Shown: positions 52,532 to 56,387 of the stretch, in pieces
Layout: each line of letters starts with the position of its first letter
How positions within the stretch are numbered: the stretch's first letter is position 1
From: Burkholderiales bacterium
Lineage (GTDB): Bacteria > Pseudomonadota > Gammaproteobacteria > Burkholderiales > SG8-41
NCBI GenBank assembly: GCA_046715035.1
Contig: JBKJZR010000179.1
Span: forward strand, 1 to 56,387
Reading direction: 5' to 3'
Length of the DNA stretch: 56,387 bases
Translations under genes and position numbers: made by a program
The notes under the pieces: generated by a model
Databases searched by the model: none
Told to the model about the DNA's origin: nothing
Seen by the model: the letters and a program-made list of their open reading frames with translations, nothing else

Positions 52532-53338
52532 CTACTTGCCCTGAAATCTGCCCGGCCGCTTTTCGAAAAAGGCAGTGAGCGCTTCGGCGTGATCGTCGGT
52601 TTTATGGCACAGCGCCTGATAGCTCGCGCAGATATCGAGGTGGTCGCCGATCGACTGCTGCTGGGCGAGCTTGAGCAGACGCTTGGCGTAGCGCACGGCC
52701 AGCGGCGGCTTGGCAGCGATCTTGGCGGCGATCTCGAGCGCGCGCGGCAACAGCGCGTCGGGCTCGGTAATCTCGAGCAGGATGCCGAGCTGCTTCGCCT
52801 CGTCCGCCTTGACGATGCGTCCGGTGAAAGTCAGCTCCGCCGCGCGCTGGTAGCCGAGCAGGCGCTGCAAATACCACGCACCGCCGTCGCCGGGAATAAT
52901 GCCCAGGTTGACGAACGTTTCGCCGAACTGGGCATTGGTCGAGCCGATGCGGATATCGCACATATTCGCCATGTCGAAGCCGGCGCCGATCGCGGGGCCG
53001 TTGACCGCCGCGATCACCGCAATCTCCGCGCTTTCGAGCGCGAGCGGAATGCGCTGTATGCCGGACTTGTAATTCTGCTGCAGCACGTGGGGCGCGGCTT
53101 TCGACCGCTCGCCCATCGTCTTGATGTTGCCGCCCGCCGAAAATGCGCTGCCTTCCCCGGTCATGATCAGGACCGAGACCTCCGGGTTGGCGCTCGCCCA
53201 GTTGACCGCCGTCACGATATCCGAGCCCAGGTCGGTGCTCGAAAGCGCATTGCGCACATCGTCGCGTTTGAACGTGAGCACCGCTACGCGTTGATCCAGC
53301 GAGAACGTAGCGTCTTTCAGTACCGGCAGTTCGGACAT
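52532..53338 (-). CDS. Enoyl-CoA hydratase/isomerase (crotonase) family protein
   Basis: The real start is MSELPVLKDATFSLDQRVAVLTFKRDD (ATG at 53338). Crotonase motifs are present: SAFSAGGNIK and AAVNGPAIGAGFDMANMCDIRI. Confidence 0.92.
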   Translation of the reverse strand: MSELPVLKDATFSLDQRVAVLTFKRDDVRNALSSTDLGSDIVTAVNWASANPEVSVLIMTGEGSAFSAGGNIKTMGERSKAAPHVLQQNYKSGIQRIPLALESAEIAVIAAVNGPAIGAGFDMANMCDIRIGSTNAQFGETFVNLGIIPGDGGAWYLQRLLGYQRAAELTFTGRIVKADEAKQLGILLEITEPDALLPRALEIAAKIAAKPPLAVRYAKRLLKLAQQQSIGDHLDICASYQALCHKTDDHAEALTAFFEKRPGRFQGK

Positions 53339-53375
53339 GATGGATTTCCCGGTTAGGGTGGGGGCGGAGGAACGA

Positions 53376-53421
53376 TATGGGGTACGCAAAGCGGCGCGGC
53401 GCCACGGTATGGTACGCAAAG
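53376..53421. promoter_or_regulatory. Direct repeats in the divergent ech / biotin-carrier control region
   Basis: GGTACGCAAAG occurs at 53381-53391 and again at 53411-53421, exactly 30 bp apart. Both copies are preceded by TATGG. Confidence 0.3.
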
Positions 53422-53522
53422 AAACGCTGCGTTACAACGCAATGCGACATCGGGGCCATCGCTTGCCCCGATGCTATACTTTCGGCATGCGCTCGCGCGC
53501 GATACCGAACGGGGAACAATTC

Positions 53523-53744
53523 ATGGCCAGAATCGAAGTCAAGTCGGAAATCACCGGTACCGTGTGGCAGCTCAAAGCGCAGCCCGGCGATAAAGTCGAA
53601 GAAGGCGACACCCTGATCGTCATTGAATCGATGAAGATGGAAATTCCCGTCATCACCGAGGACGGGGGCACCGTCAAGGAAATCCTGGTCAAGGAAAAGG
53701 ACCCTGTCGCCGAGGGTCAGGTCGTCGCCATCATCGAAGGTTGA
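53523..53744 (+). CDS. Stand-alone biotin carboxyl carrier (biotinyl/lipoyl-domain) protein
   Basis: 73-aa protein MARIEVKSEITGTVWQLKAQPGDKVEEGDTLIVIESMKMEIPV... with the biotinylation motif E-S-M-K-M-E. The track ORF is an upstream extension. Confidence 0.88.
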   Translation: MARIEVKSEITGTVWQLKAQPGDKVEEGDTLIVIESMKMEIPVITEDGGTVKEILVKEKDPVAEGQVVAIIEG

Positions 53745-54009
53745 GCGCGGGCGTTCCCGCGCGTCTCGCCCCTACGCACTGTCCCGGCACTTTGCACGTT
53801 TGACAGGGACTTATGGCAGGGACGGCGAACGGGTGAGATTCGTGCCGGCGCCGTACGTCGCGGGCGTCGGCGCGCTCGACGCGATCAACAGTCGTCGAGA
53901 GGATGTCTGAACAAGGCGGCCCGGCATGGGATGGGACCCTTGCTTTCCCACCGTCCCCTTGTAAATTCCCTCAGTCGGGGAAAACTGGAGCTTCCCAGGA
54001 GGAGTCATC

Positions 54010-55545
54010 ATGGCATTCGAGAAATTGCTCGAGGAGTACGAAGCGCGCCGCGCCAAGGCGCTCGGCATGGGCGGCACCGAGAAAGTCGCCAAGCGCAAGA
54101 AAGTGGGCCTGCTCAACGCCCGCGAGCGCATCGCCGCGCTCGTCGATAAGGACAGCTTCATCGAATCGGGCCTTTTTGGCGCTTCGGGGCTCTACCAGGA
54201 ACAAGCCGACGAAACGCCCACCGACGGCAAAATCGCCGGCTACGCGCGCATCGACCAGCGCGACGTCGCGATCGTGGTGAACGATTTCACCGTCAAAGGC
54301 GCATCGACCAGCGCGACCAACAGCAAGAAGGTCGGGCACATGAAACGCACTGCGGCCGAGCGCGGCATGCCGCTCGTCATCGTCGGCGAGTCGACCGGTG
54401 CGCGACTGCCCGACGCCATGGGCTCGCGCGGCATGGGCCTGCTGCTCGGCAACGACAACACCCAGTTCAGGCGCACACGCGAGACGCCGCTCGCCACGGC
54501 GGTCATCGGGCCGTCGTTCGGCTCGTCCGCGTGGCTCGCCTGCCTCGCGGACTTCGCGGTCATGCACAAGAAAGCGACGATGGCGGTTTCCAGTCCGCGC
54601 CTGATCGAAATGGCGCTCAACGAGAAAGTCGACCTCGACGAGCTCGGCGGCTGGCGCCTGCACGCCGAGACCACGGGACTCGTCGATCAAGTCGTCGACA
54701 CCGAAGAGGAAATGTTCGCGGCGCTCAAGAAGTTTCTGTCGTACCTGCCGAGCCACCACCGCGAGGCGCCGCCGGATGTGCCCGTGCCCGCGGGGTCGGG
54801 CGACAGCATGGGCGATGTCATGGCGCTGCTGCCGGAGAAGCGCACCCAGGTGTACGACATGAAGCGCGTGATCAAGAGCGTGGTCGACAAAGATACGACG
54901 TTCGAGCTCAAGCCGCGCTTCGGCAAGAGCGCGGTGACTGCGCTCGCGCGCCTCGGCGGCAAGAGCGTGGGCATCGTCGCCAATAACCCGCAGCACCGCG
55001 GCGGTGCTCTCGATGCCGACGCGTGCCGCAAGATCGTCGATTTTCTGGTGCTGTGCGATTCGTTCAACATTCCGATCGTGCTGCTCGTCGATACCCCCGG
55101 CTTTCAGATCGGCACCGAAGCGGAAAAAAGCGGCGCACCGGGCAAGATCATGAACTTCATGAATGCGATGACGCTGGTGACCGTGCCGAAGCTGACGGTC
55201 ATCCTGCGCAAGAGCTACGGCCGCGCTTACGTTTGCATGGGCGGCGGCCGGCACTCCGACGACATCGCAGCGTGGCCGAGCGCCGAGATCAGCTTTATGA
55301 GCCCCGAGTTTGCGACCACCATCGTGCACGGCGTGAAGCCCGGCGACGCCGAGTATCCGGCGCGGCTCGCAGAGATCGAACAAGGCTCGGACGTGTGGGG
55401 TCTGGCGGCGGTATTCGCAGCGCAGGCGGTGATCCGCCCCTCGGACACCCGCAATTATCTGATACGCATGCTCGATGTTTACAAGCTGCGCATGACCAAG
55501 GGCGTGGGCCAGCAACTGATGCGCACCTGGCCGACGAGCTACTAA
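54010..55545 (+). CDS. Acyl-CoA carboxyltransferase (carboxylase beta-subunit / 12S-like), copy 2
   Basis: 511-aa ORF, the same length as copy 1 and collinear with it from MAF to WPTSY. A strong AGGAGG Shine-Dalgarno sequence precedes it. Confidence 0.92.
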   Translation: MAFEKLLEEYEARRAKALGMGGTEKVAKRKKVGLLNARERIAALVDKDSFIESGLFGASGLYQEQADETPTDGKIAGYARIDQRDVAIVVNDFTVKGASTSATNSKKVGHMKRTAAERGMPLVIVGESTGARLPDAMGSRGMGLLLGNDNTQFRRTRETPLATAVIGPSFGSSAWLACLADFAVMHKKATMAVSSPRLIEMALNEKVDLDELGGWRLHAETTGLVDQVVDTEEEMFAALKKFLSYLPSHHREAPPDVPVPAGSGDSMGDVMALLPEKRTQVYDMKRVIKSVVDKDTTFELKPRFGKSAVTALARLGGKSVGIVANNPQHRGGALDADACRKIVDFLVLCDSFNIPIVLLVDTPGFQIGTEAEKSGAPGKIMNFMNAMTLVTVPKLTVILRKSYGRAYVCMGGGRHSDDIAAWPSAEISFMSPEFATTIVHGVKPGDAEYPARLAEIEQGSDVWGLAAVFAAQAVIRPSDTRNYLIRMLDVYKLRMTKGVGQQLMRTWPTSY

Positions 55546-55583
55546 AACCGCGTCATCGGGACGCTTCTCCATCCCCATTCCAA

Positions 55584-55664
55584 CCTTCCCCTTGAAGGGG
55601 AAGGAGAGGTCAGCCGCGCGCGGATGACAAGGTTCCCCCTCCCAAACTCCCCGTGAAGGGGGAG
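55584..55664. repeat. Two related GC-rich hairpins (REP-like, possible terminator of the carboxyltransferase gene)
   Basis: CCTTCCCC-TTGAA-GGGGAAGG (55584-55604) and CTCCCC-GTGAAG-GGGGAG (55647-55664). Both share the core CCCC(T/G)TGAAGGGG. No U tract follows either hairpin. Confidence 0.5.
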
Positions 55665-55710
55665 GCGTTGCGCCCGGTTGCGCCGCTTTTCAAGGAACAA
55701 CAGGCGCGGT

Positions 55711-56133
55711 TCATCGCAGGCTGGATGCGGCACGTTCCGGCAACTCTGGAAAGTCGTATAGCCGCTGCGCATTGAGCACGAGGATCTTTTCCCGCACTGC
55801 CGCATCCGGCGTCCACTCGGTGAACAGGTCGACGAGAGTGCCGTCGTCCGGCATGACCGCGGCGTCGATCAGCGGATGCGGCCAATCTGACGCGGTTGTC
55901 GTAGCCGTGCGCATTGCCCTGCACGACCACGCCGCGGGCGAAGCCGATCGCATCGAGCATCTGCAGATACAGCTCAAGCGGGGCATCGTGAGGTGTATAG
56001 CCGCGGCCTTCGGTATAAGGAAAACGGCTCGCGGGTCCGAAGAGATGCGCCGCGGCCGGCTCGTAGCGAGTACGGGGCCCGCGATCGGCTGGTCGAGCGT
56101 CCCGGCTCCGGTCAGGACGACGTCGCGGGTCAT
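55711..56133 (-). pseudogene. LigI-type amidohydrolase (2-pyrone-4,6-dicarboxylate lactonase-like) with a large internal deletion and a frameshift
   Basis: One frame gives the N-terminal block AAAHLFGPASRFPYTEGRGYTPHDAPLELYLQMLDAIGFARGVVVQGNAHGYDN. Within about 10 nt (55888-55900) a different frame continues with the C-terminal block SDWPHPLIDAAVMPDDGTLVDLFTEWTPDAAVREKILVLNAQRLYDF. The central part of the barrel, roughly 200 aa, is missing. Confidence 0.55.
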
Positions 56134-56281
56134 GGGCTCATTCCTGTGGAAGGGGACGCATGCCGGTCAGCTCTCGCATCGCCCGCGACCGGCCGCCCGT
56201 GTGGCTGCTCCTATCGGAGCATTTCTTCCACCGCCCTGCCCCCGCGTTCGTCGCGCACCCCGTCCCCGTACGCACGCGGCG

Positions 56282-56387
56282 CTATTCCAGGATCGGAGTG
56301 CCCTTCTGCGAAGAAACAAAGATCGTCGCATCCGCAACCGCGACGACATCGTGTTCCTCACCGGGGCTCGTAAACAGGTAGTCGCCC
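56282..56387 (-). CDS. C-terminal end of a possible cupin-domain protein (5' part lies outside the window)
   Basis: An open frame from the window edge encodes GDYLFTSPGEEHDVVAVADATIFVSSQKGTPILE and ends at the TAG at 56284-56282. The G-x-x-x-x-x-P-x-G-x-x-H pattern resembles cupin motif 2. This is a weak call. Confidence 0.3.
   Translation of the reverse strand, partial: GDYLFTSPGEEHDVVAVADATIFVSSQKGTPILE

Noticed and set aside
53903-54280. 125-aa plus-strand ORF starting in the carrier-carboxyltransferase gap.
   Set aside because: It runs out of frame across the well-supported start and N-terminus of the second carboxyltransferase gene, and its sequence is Ser/Pro/Arg-rich. The carboxyltransferase gene has its own strong AGGAGG Shine-Dalgarno sequence.

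Overview
High-GC, Betaproteobacteria-like (Burkholderiales-style) chromosomal replication-origin neighbourhood, followed by core metabolism and one accessory catabolic cluster. Bases 1-14.3 kb are all on the minus strand: the atp operon (atpIBEFHAG and a partial atpD), parAB, rsmG, mnmG, mnmE, yidC, rnpA and rpmH. Transcription switches strand at the rpmH|dnaA spacer, followed by dnaA-dnaN-gyrB. Next come an orphan Bug/TctC binding protein, a topoisomerase III-like gene, dprA, a LysM protein, def-fmt-rsmB, a DUF4390 gene with ntrYX, and a tkt-gap-pgk-pyk-fba block whose aldolase is a eukaryote-type class I enzyme. From about 40 kb the window becomes accessory: tctBA, a split aconitase-X dehydratase, three more Bug/TctC proteins, an acyl-CoA dehydrogenase, two paralogous 511-aa carboxyltransferases, a stand-alone 73-aa biotin carrier and an enoyl-CoA hydratase. 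No biotin carboxylase is present in the window. A small AT-richer islet (about 49.7-51.8 kb) carrying two toxin-antitoxin loci and gene fragments splits this cluster. Most notable observations: (1) a back-to-back parS doublet filling the mnmE-mnmG spacer; (2) the biotin module without a biotin carboxylase, which I speculate could be an ATP-independent acyl-CoA transcarboxylase or decarboxylase; (3) AcnX in a tricarboxylate-transporter context; (4) a 100-bp tandem repeat that includes the last codons of pyk; (5) a mazF-like toxin carrying two compensating frameshifts beside an intact antitoxin. I saw no rRNA, tRNA, CRISPR array, transposase or recognisable defence system. All calls come from reading the sequence and ORF translations by eye; no database search was run.
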